Origin: Selaginella moellendorffii | Taxonomy: Eukaryota; Plantae; Lycopodiophyta | NCBI RefSeq assembly: GCF_000143415.4 | Contig: NW_003314322.1 | Span: 269,691 to 333,690, forward strand | Direction: 5' to 3' | Length of the DNA: 64,000 bases | Part shown: in pieces, positions 37,781 to 51,505 of the stretch | Layout of the letters: the number at the start of each line of letters is the position of its first letter | How positions within the stretch are numbered: position 1 is the first letter of the stretch | Made by a program: the position numbers and the translations under genes | Notes under the pieces: model-generated | What the model saw: the letters and a program-made list of their open reading frames with translations, nothing else | The model's database searches: none | Told to the model about the DNA's origin: nothing

Positions 37781-40700
37781 TGTGAGACACAAATCCCTAA
37801 GCCCCAAAGTGGAGCCGAAAGGGTGCCACGTGGTAGTGGCAGAAGCAAAAGCCAAACGAGCGTAACACGTTTGGACTAAAAGGCTCTGACTTGAGAGGTT
37901 GAGAGCGGGAGTGGAACTCCCAACGGAGTGCTCAAGGAACAAGCATGAAGCGAGCAATAAGCGAGGCTCCAAAAAGGGACCCAAAAGGACCAACACATGA
38001 CACATGGAAGTGTCCGAGATGGACCTGAAGTGGAGTCCTAGATGGACCCAAAGTGGAGCTCGAGATGGAGTTTGAGATGGAGTCCGAGGTGGACCGAGAT
38101 GGAGTCCGAGATGGAGTCCGAGGTGGACCGAGACGGAGTCTGAGATGGAAGTCCAAGATGGACTGAGACGGAGTTCGAGATGGAGTCCGAGATGAAGTCC
38201 GAGGTGGACCGAGACGGAGTCCGAGATGGAGTCCGAGATGGACCGAGATGGAGTCCGAGATGGAGTCCGAGATGGACCCGAGATGGAATCCGAGATGGAG
38301 TCCGAGGTCGAGACCGAGACCGAGACTGAGACCGAGACCGAGACCGAGACCGAGCTCGGGACCGAGACCGAGACCGAGGCCGAGTCCGAGTCCGAGTCCG
38401 AGCCCGAGTCCGAGTCTGAGTCCGAGTCCGAGTCCGAGTCTGAGTTCGAGTCTGAGAGGGTGAAAGCCCAAAGCGTTCGTCTCCCAAACCCTGGGGAGTT
38501 TGGTGAGCTCCAAAAGTATAGTAAGGGGGAGGACTGCAGTGGAGCCAGTTTGGCCAGGAAAGGCCAGTTTGGCCCAGAGAGGCTGCACCCAATGTTGGGT
38601 GATGAGTTGACCACTGGGAAGTCCAAGACTAGAGTGAACACGGACCGACAAGCGGGGTAGCTTGGTGAAGTGTTCAAGAGCCGGCTCTAGTTCCCCCGGG
38701 AGATCGTCTGGCCGATGCTCCCAGTCCAAGTGTGGGTGGCACTACCTACTTGGATACCTGGTGTGGCTCAATGGAACCTTGCTCTAAGCCCATGGCTAGA
38801 GCACCTAAAGGTGAAATGCAGGGAGAGTACCCATGAGGCCCGCTTAGGGCCACGGTGTTCCGAAATGTCATCCCAAAGTCCTAGACTGTGGAAAGGAAGA
38901 GGAGTAGTCCTCTGGTGTGGTGACCAAGGACACAGTCACACAGGGAGGAAGTCCTAGAGGACAGTGGGACTTAGTGGTCGGGCCCATGAGCCTTGATCCA
39001 ATGGCAGTGTTGGCGAACACGGCCAAGGACGGAATGGGACTTGGTGGGGACTGGAACGGAGATATTGGGGAAGGCTAATCCCCATGTCTGTGGGCATCCT
39101 AAGGATGCTAAGGAGTGGATCTGGGATGATCACTCGTGGATGGATGGCCCAGTCTTTGAGTGACGGGATTGGGATGCAGGTGGTGTCAGACCATCGGTGT
39201 GACCAAGGTGAATAGGCCTGGCCTTAGCGTAACGGGCTGATATGTCGGTGGTACCTTGGGGTGTCGGTCATGAGATCGGACACGTGGAGCACTTGGACCA
39301 AGTGCATAGGTTGAGTGGGGGGGATGCCATTCTCGGGGCTAGTAAGCCCAAGTCCAAAATAGGACTTACGGAGGTTGTGAGTGAGACTCCTCCAAGTGGT
39401 CAGAGGTGCGGTTAAGTGACTAAAGTAAAATGGAAAAATTAATCGCTTAGAACTTGGTATCGAAGCTGTTCCTTAGTCCGACTCTTATTGGTGTCCAAGC
39501 ATATCACCACTTGTATTGGAGTTGGAAGGTCCTAGATATGGACCTATCTTCGAGGAGTAGCATGTCGAGAGGACATGGCTCTCCACTCAAGTTCATGCGT
39601 GAACTTGTGCACGATGTGGTGGATGGAATAGGGCCAGTAAGGGAATGACTTTGGGATCTTGGGAACAGTATAAGGGTTTCCTCATAGAGCTGAGGATGTG
39701 ATCCAGATGAGCGTTTGACGCAGCAAACGAGCTAATGTAGTTGTGGTAAACAACTATAGTTAGGATCACGGGAAAGATGCAGACTCCAAAACAATAAAGG
39801 AGTCACAAGATTACCCTTATATGGTTGAGGCTGGTACTCATAAATTTGAGACCAGAATTATTGATCGTGGGAGGTCAAATACAGAAGAGGACACCAGTCC
39901 TTGAAATGGTAGCCGGGGTTACCTCTAATAAATGCTGGAACAACCCAAGGAGTTGGGGGTGTACTTAAAGATGATTTGCTATCCTCATCACATGGACAAG
40001 TAGTCCTAAGGGGCAAAGGTTAGCCCCAAGAAAATCATCAAGTGTCAGAGTAACACTTGCAAAGATTGTCCTTGTGAGTAGGACATGAATACAAGAAGTT
40101 GTATTCCAGTGAGTTGGCACCTCTAAAACTGAGACCTCGCAGGTTGTTAGATTAGCAAAGTCCAAAATGCTGGATGACTCAAGCGGAGTCAGGGAATGGT
40201 TGGAGCATTTGGACCGAGGTGTATAGTGCCTCATGAGGTATGGGGAGGATCATAAGATCCAAGTATGAGAACAATAGGTATCTCATTGATGGCAGAAGGT
40301 GCCATACTAAAGTTGTGGGAAAGATGTTCCCAAAAGAAAGCAACTTTGGCCCAGAGTTACGTGCAAACACTATGGTGCGGTGCTAATGGATAGTTAGCAT
40401 GAGGAACAACTATATTGGTCTTGGCAAAGCCCTAGACACTAATAAGTAGTGTCATAAGGGTAGGCTTGTGGGGCCGATGGTGTGGAGGCACCAAATGTGC
40501 CAAGGTGTGATACCTGGAGGTTATGATGGTGGGTTCATAAGAACCCCTTGCCAAGGGAATCCAACGGAAGCGGGAATGGCATGGCCTAAGCTGGAAGGCA
40601 TGTGGTTGGAGTGTGGTGACCCAGATAATGATGGAAGTGTGGAAACACCAAGCAATGAGTTGTAGGACTTGACAACTATGTGGCAGCTAAGCAAGAGGTG

Positions 40701-41920
40701 CAAGACAATTGGTTAAATGGGTAGAAGGTAGCTACCCAAGACTTCTTAATGGCATAAGGAAGTTAGATATACCCTTACGGAGGGTAAATTGCTTATGTTG
40801 CGATATAGTAAGTCAATGTCGTAAACGGGAATGCTCATTGTCAGGAGGCCATCATTGGGACACCCAAGCACTCTAAAACACTAGGAGGTGGTGTTTCGTG
40901 TTGCAAGGGCAATAGATAAGGCCCAAGGGCCTAAGTCCCTAGCGAATGATGGGTAGTAGGTGCTATCCAAATGTCCAAGGTTGTGGAGACAGGAGAAGAC
41001 TGTCTATCCAAATTGGACAAAGCCAAAAATGGAATTTTGGCAAGGCTAGTGATGGGCATGTAAGGGCCCATAAGCAGCAATGTTAATCCCAATGTGTGGG
41101 ATTATAAGGTGAGCATGCCTAAGATTGAGGAACCACTCCCTAGGCTATTGGGTAGGTTCATCCCTAAGAATACTTGCTAAGGCATAGTAAAATATGCAAA
41201 GCTATCCTCCTAGTTTGGAGGAGAATAACCAAAGGAAACATATGGGGCCAAAAGGCAAGTAGTATGGGGATGGAACTGAACCATAGAAATCAAAGGGCAT
41301 ATCCAACGGTGGTTATGCAAGTTGGGAGTGGAGAATCAAGAGGGTGCTCGAGGATATTGTTGCTAGCAACCGTGATGCCATGGAGAGTCTAAAATATGGA
41401 ATTGTCCATGTTAGACTATATGGCAACTATAAAACTTGCAAAAAGGGAGGTCTTAGCAAGCTAAGGGATAGAATTCCTTCAAGGTTCCCAAAGACAATTC
41501 TAGTTAGCTTAATACTTAGAAAGGCCAAGGGTAAATGGTTCATGAAACGCGCGAAATCAAAGTGGCGCAGTAGAAGCGTGGTCTTGAAGCTTGCCATGAG
41601 GCAAGGCTATCAAGGTTAGGGAAGTAGTTCCCGAGTGTTCAAAGAGAGGGCTTTGAACAAAAGTCGATGGCCAAGGACTTTCACCCTTATGTAGGAACCA
41701 TGTTACAGTGGTCGGAGGACTTGCCAAGCGAGATTGGCAAGTCGGGGGAACAAATGCCCTAGTTGAAGGTGATAACTTTAAAAGGGTGGGCCATGGGGTC
41801 GAGCATAGAGGAGTCCATGCATGATCACAAACTTGTCAAGCGAGAGGACTTGGCAGTGCAGAGGAACTAGGTTCCTAAGCTGTGATCTGTAGCGCGCTTT
41901 AAATATAAGTTGGTGCACCG
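37781..41920 (+). mobile_element. Family-A LTR (37781-39451) + PBS + decayed internal region
   Basis: TGTGAGACAC start; GAGTCC/GAGACC array at 38013-38455; end AATCGCTTAGA; PBS TGGTATCGAAGC at about 39455. Confidence 0.85.
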
Positions 41921-44900
41921 GCGTGGGGACTCACGCTAGGAACCAAAATGAGACTAATATAAAGGGCATGATAGTGAGGGTGTTTGGCAGACACAATAAA
42001 TTATCATCCGGCGATATTGAGGGACTAGTCTCAATACGTGAAGGTTCTTGCCAAGCCAGTGCAAGACAGAGCAAAAGAGAACTAAGAGCCAGGCCAAGAA
42101 TGCTTAGCTAGAAACACATAAAAGTTCCTACCTTATGTTCATCTGGCTAAGTATAGATGCTAAGTGGAGTAAACTAACACTTGGACAAGAGGGGCTACCG
42201 AAGGAAACCAGCAGTACCAACATCCTGCCGTCATGGTAGTAAGGAAAGAGTGTCCATAAGGACTAGCCAATAAGTATCATTTGATACCTAAAATCACATT
42301 TGTGACATCTAAATACATTTGAAATGCCCACTTAACTCCACTATCATAAAAGGGATTGATAAAAGGTCCAACAATACTGACCTCTTACCGTTGTGGTAGT
42401 AAGGAAAGAGTGTCCGTAAGGAGTAGCTAACAAGTAACTTTTGATACTTGAAGTCACATTCGTGACACTCTTCCCCCCTTAGGGAAGATTGACATCCTCA
42501 TCGATGCATACTTTAGTATAAACCACCGGCAAGGAAACAACTCTAGAAAAAATTCACGGTGATCACATTATGTGAGAAATGCACCAACTTAAATGAGTTA
42601 AGGTAACCTTTTTGTCTAACGCGGATGCACTACCAACTCAGACACCTTCCAGCTATTGCCAACAAGGAAATGACCAACGAAGTTAGCCACCCTTACTACT
42701 TTGAGTGTCACCCAGCTTATAAAAGTGTGATACACCCTGTCCATAGGGACATAAAGAGAGAAGCCAAAGGCCCCAACCCTCATGAGCAAAGAAACCAAAT
42801 CTGTTGGTAAGGTTTAGATATACTACTGTAAATAGGCAGTTAGAGTTGTTTATATGGTCATGCCCTTTAAACGGAATAAGGAACATCGATAGAGAGGTGG
42901 GTGATGTGATCAGTCGACAGTAGCTACCCTATGACTAAAGATTTTACCATGCACACGAAGTGCCAAAGCCAATCTACTTATATTGGCCCAAACTTAAAGA
43001 TTAAGAGATGGACAATATCAAATTCATAGACAATGATATCTTAGAGACTTAATTATCAATGGATAAATCTTAGATTAGAACATAAAAGTATTCCAAGTAA
43101 GTTATCATCCGATAAACTAGTATGATAGTATAGGAACCACCAAGATCACTATAGTTGAAAAACATAGGATTCACTATCCAACAAAATTCAATAGCAAGTA
43201 TACTATCAACAACACTTTATGATAAAACTTAATTATTAAAGATTTCAGATAGCATGCTAAACAACTTACAAAAGACAGCTCAAAGAACACAAAGTATCGT
43301 TGACTGACAAGTATATTGCTCACGAATGTATCACTCGAAGGAAATAACATCCTAATCTATCAGAACTAAACAATCAACAAAACAGAATGAATGCAGTAAG
43401 ACCAACAAACACTTGTTCATGCCAACTATCGCACTAGTCAATCTGAATAGATCCCAGTCAACAATCTGAAGGAACTAGAGTTAGCAATATCCTACTGATG
43501 TCTTAACCCAAAAAACCAATCTAAAACAAATCACAAAGAACATGTGGTATAGCAAAAAGCCATTAAAGAGAACAACTAACCATCACGAAAAATCATCAAT
43601 CTTCCTATCAAAAAAATGATATATAGTTATCGTTGAAGACAGAATCCACCATCCCAAAGAATGGCACATCATTCTACATTAACAACAACCAAGCAAATTT
43701 TTTAATGAGAATAATCAACTATCCCAAGATGATAGTCAATTATCACTAATGATTGTTAGATGCAAAAGCCAACTTTAACATCAAAGCTAATGAGTTAAAC
43801 TATTTTCCCTAACAACCTTTAACAAATAGAACAATAAGCATAAAAAACTCAAGGAACCAAAAGCTCGAAGAAGTCTATAGCCAAATCTTGCCTAATAATG
43901 ATCATAAGTTTTGCATAAATTAATTTCAATGCTAAAGAAAAAATCATAGCACAATCCATAATATCCTTCTCAACAAATCTATAAGCTAAACTTTATAATG
44001 CAAAGCTAATGAAGAGCACATTTGCATCAATCCAAAAGCTAAGCACAATGGAACTATTCTCAACAAGTGATCACTAAACCGATCCTTCATGAATCCATCT
44101 ATAGCAAGACATAACTCACTTCATAACAAGCACAAGAAGAATCATCAATAATCAATATATTTCTAATATCTTCAATATCAATCACTAACTTCTCCTCTCG
44201 TAAAGCTAGCATAATTCATGAGTAAATCACTTTTCAAGGAAAAGCTCAAACCTCAAGCTCTACTAAACAATCTCGTCTAGAACATAACTAATTTAAACTT
44301 GCCACTCAGTTCATTTGAATATTAATACAGTTGCTAACTAGCAAATGCACAAATGCCAATAACACAAAGCTATAGCCAACTCGTCAACATTATCTACGTC
44401 AAGGCTAATGAAACTCAATATCAATCCTTTCATTTCACTTGAATCTCAACAATAATAATGTTAACGAAAAGGCATCACTTCAATGCCATCAACACCAGGA
44501 CAAAGATAGAAGAAAGCAAGAGTGAATCACCACTCAAAGCTCTTTAGCAACAAATCTAACCAAAATCAAAAATACCTTAGTTAGTATCCGAGACTAATCC
44601 TTCAACAATACTCAATTTCAGATAACACATCATCAAGAAGTGATTCACCACATCCAAGACTCAATGAAATCCAACACCATGGACTAAACGCAACCACATG
44701 ACATTGACAAAGGTATCAATATGCTAACATGGAAGAACCATGTAAGGCTAACAATATGATCCTCTGCAACACCATTTGGTAAAGCAAGTTTATCATTGCT
44801 AAATTATCATCAAGCAAAACAAATGTCATACAGTCCTTGACGAAGTCTACAAGCAATCATTAATTGCCAAGCAACTAACAATCACTCTTTCAATTTGCCT

Positions 44901-45092
44901 TCATAGGACCCAAAAACTAAACTCATGCCATTGAGTTAAATACTTGTCCAACATTAACATAATACCTCAAGTACAAGATATAGATTCATAGACAAGCATA
45001 AACTAAATGACCATTCGAATCCAACTCAACTGCAATAGGCTCACTAATGCATTTAGCCAACAGCTCTGACCATGCCTTGAAGAGGCTAGCTA
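41920..45092 (-). mobile_element. Minus-strand element: AT-skewed internal region, PPT and family-B 3' LTR pieces
   Basis: On the minus strand the polypurine tract AAGGGGGAAGAG (42468-42480) directly precedes TGTCACGAATGTGAC at 42467. A second LTR start is at 42307. Confidence 0.75.
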
Positions 45093-45094
45093 TC

Positions 45095-47475
45095 CAAGTC
45101 GAGTCTGAAGTCAAATCCAAGATCGAGTCCAAGACCAAGTCCAAATACTAATATAGGTCGTGGGGTGAAAGCCCAAAGTGTGTGTCTCCAAGGGGGGGGG
45201 GGCTACAGAGGGTTCCAAATGTATAGTAGAGATAGTGAGGTCTAGGAACTAGTCCATAAGGAAATCTCTAGTGGTGCTTCCAAATTAACTCGAGGTTGAG
45301 ACTGGGGCTAAGGGGCCTTGGGTGGAAGTGAGCATAGACTTGGGTGGTGCCGGAGGGGCCACCCAAGGAAGTGTTCAAGAGCAGCTCCCACTCTCAGAAG
45401 GGAAATCGATTGCGGTGCTCCCGGCTCATGTGGAGTGGTGCCCCACTTGAGTGTAAGCAACTAGATTTTCCATTCTACTTTAGTCACTTAACCACACTTC
45501 CGACCACTTGGAGGAGTCTCATTCACAACCTCCATAAGTCTTATTTTGGACTTAGGGACTTGCTAGCCCCAAGAATGGCATCCATGCCACCTAACCATTG
45601 CACTTGGTCCAAGTGCTCCACGTGTCCAATCCCAAGGTACCGCTGACATATTAGCCCATTATGCTAAAGCCATGCCTATTCACCTTGGTCACACCAGTGG
45701 TCTGACACCACTGTAAGCGACTAATTTTTCCATTTTACTTTAGTCACTTAACTGCACCTTTGACCACTTGGAGGAGTCTCACTCACAACCTCCATAAGTC
45801 CTATTTCAGGCTTGGGCTTGCTAGCCCAGAGAATCGCACCCCTGCCACTTAACCTTTGCACTTGGTCCAAGTGCTCCACGTGTCCGATCCCATGACCGAC
45901 ACCCCAAGGTACCACCGACATATCAGCTTGTTATGCTAAGGCCATGCCCTTTCACCTTGGTCACATCAGTGGTCTAACACCACCTACATCGCAGCCCTGT
46001 CTCTCAAAGACTGGGCTATCCATCCATGAGTGATCATCCTAGATCCACTCCTTAGCATCCTTAGGATGCCCACAGACATGAGGAATAGCCTTCCCCAATA
46101 TCCCTTTTCTGGTCCCCACTAAGTCGCTTTCTGCCCATGGCTGTGTTCGCCAATACTGCCACTGGATCGAGGCCCACAGGCCCGACCACTAAGTCCCACG
46201 GTCCTCTAGGACTTCCTCACCACCCGATTGTATCCTTGGTCACTACACCAGAGGACTACTCCTCTTCCTTTCCACAGTTTGGGCCTTTGGGACAACATTT
46301 CAAAATACCGTGGCCCTATGCGAGCCTCATGGGTACTCTCCCCGCCTTCCACTTTTGGGTGCTCTAGCCATGGGCTTAGAGCGAGGTTCTGTTGAGCCAC
46401 ACCAGGTATCCAAGTAGGTGGTTGTCGCGAATGTGACTTCGGGTATTGAAAGTTACCTGTCGGTCAGTCCTTACAGACACTCTTACCTTACTGCCACAGA
46501 AGGTCGGTATTGCTAGACCTTTTATCAGTCCCTCTTGTGCTAGTGGAGTTAACTGGGCATTTCAAGTGTACTTAGACCAGACGAGCATAAGGGTGGAATT
46601 CCTACGTGTTATTAGCTAAGCATACTTAGCCTGGTAAGGAGTTCCCGTCTCGTTTTGTCTTGCACTTGCTAGTGACAAGAACCCTTGCGTATTGAGATTG
46701 GTCCCTCAATATTGCTACATGATAGCTTACTGTATCTGCCAAACACCCTCGCTATCATGCCCTTTGTGTTAGTCTCATTTCGGTCCTAAATGCTATTTAT
46801 GGAAAGTGTCCCTTTCTAGAGACTCACTTATTGCTTGCTTTGTGCTTGTTCCTCGAGCACTTCGTTGGGAGTTCCACTCCCACTCTCAACCTTTCAAGTC
46901 GGAGCTTTTAGTCCAAACGTGTTACGTTCATTTGGCTTTCACTTTAGCCACTACCACGTGGCACCCTTTCGGCTCCACTTTGGGGCCTAGGGATTTTTTG
47001 TCTCACATTAAGTACTTGCGGCTCATTGGTCCTCACCCTTCCTAGGGGCTTGGGCTTTCCCTTCGGGATGGAAGTGGGTAAAAGTAAGGCCACGGTGTTT
47101 CCCTTTGGTGTCCCGAAGCTAGTGTTGCACTTAAGGCTTGGGATTTAAAGGGTCCTATGATCAAGTTTTGTTGTACCAAGGGATGTTAGGAACTTGGTGG
47201 CTTGGTGTGCTTGGCTGCTTGTGCTTGTGAGGAGTGTAGCCGAACCTTAAGTCCAGTCTAACTCGGGGAGGGGCATTGGGAGAGCTTTGGGAATCCGTGA
47301 ATGGATGGCTAACGCACCGTTACTCATGCAGTGAGTAGCTGAAACCAAGTAGGACCAAGTAGGAGCTGGTATGTAAGGCGGGAATCTTGGCAAGGAAACT
47401 TAACTAAGGATAAGGCAGTGTTGGTCAAATAAATAAGGTAAGTTAGCAAATTGGAAAGGAAACATTTGTGGCTTA
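45095..47475 (+). mobile_element. Family-B 5' LTR interrupted by a reversed family-A LTR composite (45452-47007)
   Basis: TSD TTGAG (45447-45451) / TTAAG (47008-47012). Inner A start at 45712 and B start at 46423. PBS TGGTATCGAG at about 47480. Confidence 0.8.
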
Positions 47476-47535
47476 AATTTGGTATCGAGGCCTTTTCCTT
47501 AGTTCTAGTGAAGGATAGAGGCAGATTGTTGGGAG

Positions 47536-50500
47536 ATGGCAAATGCAAGTGTAAAAGAACCAAGGTGGAGATGGAACCTCTACCAGAGTTGGAGCCTCCA
47601 GTTGAACAAAAGGCTAGGGATGAAGAATCCTTGCATGAGGAGGACTCTAGTGAGGAAACTTCCAAACAGGAGTCTAGTGGCAAGATTCGGTTGTCCAAGG
47701 CTCAATTGAACATTTAAAAAGGACAATTGGCATAGACCAGTGCCTTGCTGGAGACTCTTGTATGCAAGCAAAAGTGTGATAAGAAGTGGAAGGAAAAGGT
47801 GAAAGACTACAGATGCTGGTAGTGCAGAAGGCATGGACCCTTCGGCAGGGACTAAGGTGGAACCAAACAAGGTCGAACGGAATCAGTCCCTCAAGCAATT
47901 CCCAAGTACAAAACAAAGCCCCCACCAATCTTCAAGGGAGTGAATGACTATAAGGTGGTGAAGGATTGATTTTACAATATGGAGGACTATTTTTGAGCAT
48001 TGCAGTTACCGAGCTCGGAGAAGGTCCCATGTGCAAAACCATACTTGGCAGATAATGCCAAGTCTTGGTGGAAAACAAAAGAGGCCAATGAAGGATTGGT
48101 GGCCACTTGGGAAATGATGAAGGCGAGGATCTGCACGACTTGCGTTTCTCCAAATGCTACTCTGCACCTAAGGGATGAGTTGAGTAAGCTGAAACAAACC
48201 AGAAATATTTAAGAGTATGTGAATGAGTTTATGGCAAAGAGGATACTTGTCACGAATATAAGTGACATGGATGTGTTCCATGCCTTCATATCAGGCTTGC
48301 AATCCTAGGCTCGAGGCGAGGTGATGCATTGGAACCCGACCAACTACAAGGAAGTGTTGAATGTAGCTATCAAAGTGCATTTCAATAATAACTTGTGAAA
48401 GGGGAACACGACAGGGTCGGGGTTCATGTTTAGCAAAGGGCCCAAACCAAGGGGACATATGGCAAAGGGAAATTCAAGAAGAGTTTATCTAAGAATGAGT
48501 CCTTGGGTTTCCAGAAATGAAGATTTGGTGACCAGCAAGCAAGTACGTGGGGGAGTTAAGCAAAAAGAGACAAACCCACGGATAAAAAAGTCAAGTCTAC
48601 TAGTAGCGTGGGAAATAATATATGCTTCAACTACGGTGAAACGGGACATTTTTCGAGGGAATGTTTATACCCGAAGAAGGCCAGAGCCAATATGGCCATT
48701 AAATCGAGTGAAATCCAAACTGAGGTATGGGATCTAGTCCTTACCTCAAAGTTACTCATTACACAAGTAATTTTGGTAGAGAGTCAGTTCGCGACATCTA
48801 CTAACCCTTCAACAGAAGCTCGGAAGTAGCTTTGTTAAGATTTTTATTGACATGGGTGCTTCAAATAATTTTGTGGCTGCAGACATAGTCTGGCAAGTCG
48901 GACTAACGGTACAGCGACTGGGTGAACCGAGGACTATAGAGTTTGTTCAAGGTAGCCAAAGCACCGATGAGGTACTTTGACAAGCGAGAGTCGAAATAGG
49001 GACATGGAAAGTAGACATGGATTTCACCGTGTTGGATATGGCTAGATTTTACATAATCTTTGAGATGGATTAGTTCAATCGGTTCGTGGTAACTCTGCAT
49101 AGACAAAGTAGGAACTTTGTGGTATTAGCGAATGCTCGAGGAGAACGATCCAAGATGGAAGCCCAAGATCTAAAAGTAGGGCAATGTAAGGCCAAAGGTG
49201 TTTGAAAAACTAAGGGAACACCAGCTATATGTTAAAGAGAGAAAATGTGACTTTGCTCAACAAAAGGTAAAGTTTCTCAAGCATGTGATATGCAAGGACA
49301 GACTCAAGAAGGACCATGAGAAGGTTCAAGTGATCCAAGAATGGGAACGATCATTGAATATACATGAGTTAAGGGCATTCTTGGGGCTATGTAACTACTA
49401 CTGAAAGTTTATCAAACACTATTCAAGAGTAGCTCTACCTTTAACGGACCAAACAAAAAAAGAGAAAATGGTATAGACAGTAGAATGCGAGGTGGCATTT
49501 GTCCACCTCAAAGAGAAGTTTAGGAAGGCTCCCGTGTTGGCATTACCAGACTTTGGTAAGGACTTTGAAGTAAAAACGGATGCTTCAACCTTTGTGTTAG
49601 GCACAGTTTTGAAGCAAGACAACCATCTAGTAGTATTCTTCTTCAAAAAGTTAGACAAGACTCAGCAAAAGTGATTTGTTTATGAGAAGGAATTGTTTGC
49701 AATAGTAAGGCACTCAAGAAGTGGTGACACTACCTTAGGAAACACTTCAAAGTTTACATGGATAATGTAGCAATGAAACACTTCTTGTCACAACCCAACC
49801 TAAAAGGGAAACAGGGTCAGTGGGCCAATGCTTTGGCTGAGTTTAATTGCGAGATTCTGTATAAACCTGGGAAGAGCAACTACGTGGCAGATGCTCTAAA
49901 TTGAAAAGCAAGTTTGAAGTTGGTGATTTGTGACAACAACATTTTAGGATAATGTGCACACAATATATGAGAACAATGGTCTAGCACAGACTAGTGTTGA
50001 AGCAAGACAACCATCCAATAATATTCTTCTCAGAAATGTTGGACAAAGCTCAGCAAAAGTGGCCTGCCCACGAGAAGGAATTGTTTGTGGTGGTCAAGGC
50101 ACTCAAGGAGTGGCAACATTACTTTGGGAGACACTTCAAAGTTAACACGGATAATGTGGCAACAAAACACTTCTTGTCACAGCTTGACCTGAGAGGGAAA
50201 TAGGGTCAGTGGGCCAATATTTTGGCCGAGTTTGATTGTGAGATTCCATATATACCTGGGAAGAGCAACATCATGGCGGATGCTTTAAGTCAAAAAGTGA
50301 GCTTGAAGTTGGTGATATTCAATGCGACAACAACCTTTTGGGATGATGTGTGGATAGCATATGAGAATGATAGTCTAACATAAGAAGTGTTGTTGAGGAA
50401 TTAGGAGGCATAGGAAGGTTACCAGAGAGATGAGTTGCCAACAGAAGAGAAAAAAGGCTATGTGGAACACAATAAACTCATTTTTTATAAACAAACAAGG

Positions 50501-50680
50501 GTGTATGTTCCAGAAGGGGAACTAAGGAAGGTAACCTTAAAAGAGTGTCATGACGGACCTTTTGCAAGACACAGTAGAGTGCCCAAGACAATGGGTTTGC
50601 TCAAGAGGAAGTATCACTTGCCAGATATGGCTAAAGACGTCCAAAACTATGTAAAAACATGTCCAACATGTCAGTAGGTC
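47536..50680 (+). pseudogene. Second, more decayed copy of the 26.7-31.6 kb gag-pol (RT largely deleted, RNaseH region duplicated)
   Basis: Near-identical peptides [34 protein letters not shown] and KQDNH..FF (twice, at about 49610 and 49995). Confidence 0.9.
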
Positions 50681-51074
50681 AGTGCAAGACCGAGTTCAAG
50701 ACCGAGTCCGAGACAGAGTCCGAGGTTGGGTCCAAGATCGAGTTCTAAGATTGAGTCTAAATACCAATATAGGTTGTGGGGTGAAAGCCCAAAGCGTGTG
50801 TCTCCTATGTAGGGGGTAGGGGGGGGGGGAGGGCTGTAAGGGGTTTCAAAAGTATACGTCTAGGAACTAGTCCATAAAGAACTCTCTAGTGATGCGTCCA
50901 AACTGACTCAAGGTTCATATTGGGGATAAGGGGCCTTAGGTGGGAGTGAGCATGGACTTAAGTGGTGCCGGAGGGGCCACCCAAAGAAGTGCTCAAGAGC
51001 AGCTCCCACTCCTGGAAGGGAAACCAACTGCAGTGCTCTTGGTTCATGTGGAGTGGTGCCCCACTTAAGTACTT
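50680..51074 (+). mobile_element. Family-B LTR internal fragment, truncated at 51074
   Basis: Matches 45095-45451. Similarity stops after CCACTTAAGTACTT. Confidence 0.8.
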
Positions 51075-51505
51075 AAGCTCTATTTCGTTAAAGTGGGAAT
51101 TGTCATTATCCCACTTGTAAAATAAGGTTTCCAAACCTTTATATAGTATATAAATATAACAAAATTCAACTGCATTGAGGCACATGCCATTTTATTTTAA
51201 ACAAGGAAATGTCTACTCAATCACTTCTCACTGCTTCACCTCTCTCTTCTCCTTGTCATTGTCGTCCAATTTCTTTCCATCCTTTTAACATTGGCTCAGT
51301 TGCTCCGAGTCTAGGTGGAGCCCAAGTCCCCATTCAATCTTTACTTTCCCCTTATTAATAAAACAACTTCGTAGACTTCCAATAACATGCTGTAACACTT
51401 CTAGTATAATGCAAATCCTCTCAAAGAATTGTCTTTTAATATTAATACAATGGCATGGAACCCCATGCCATAATAAGTTACATTTTTAAATAAATACATG
51501 CCATC

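Noticed and set aside
25260-45092. 1.4-kb inverted repeat pair (25260-26655 versus 43725-45092) as TIRs of a giant transposon
   Set aside because: They are diverged internal regions of two oppositely oriented LTR elements; one has a PPT and LTR attached.
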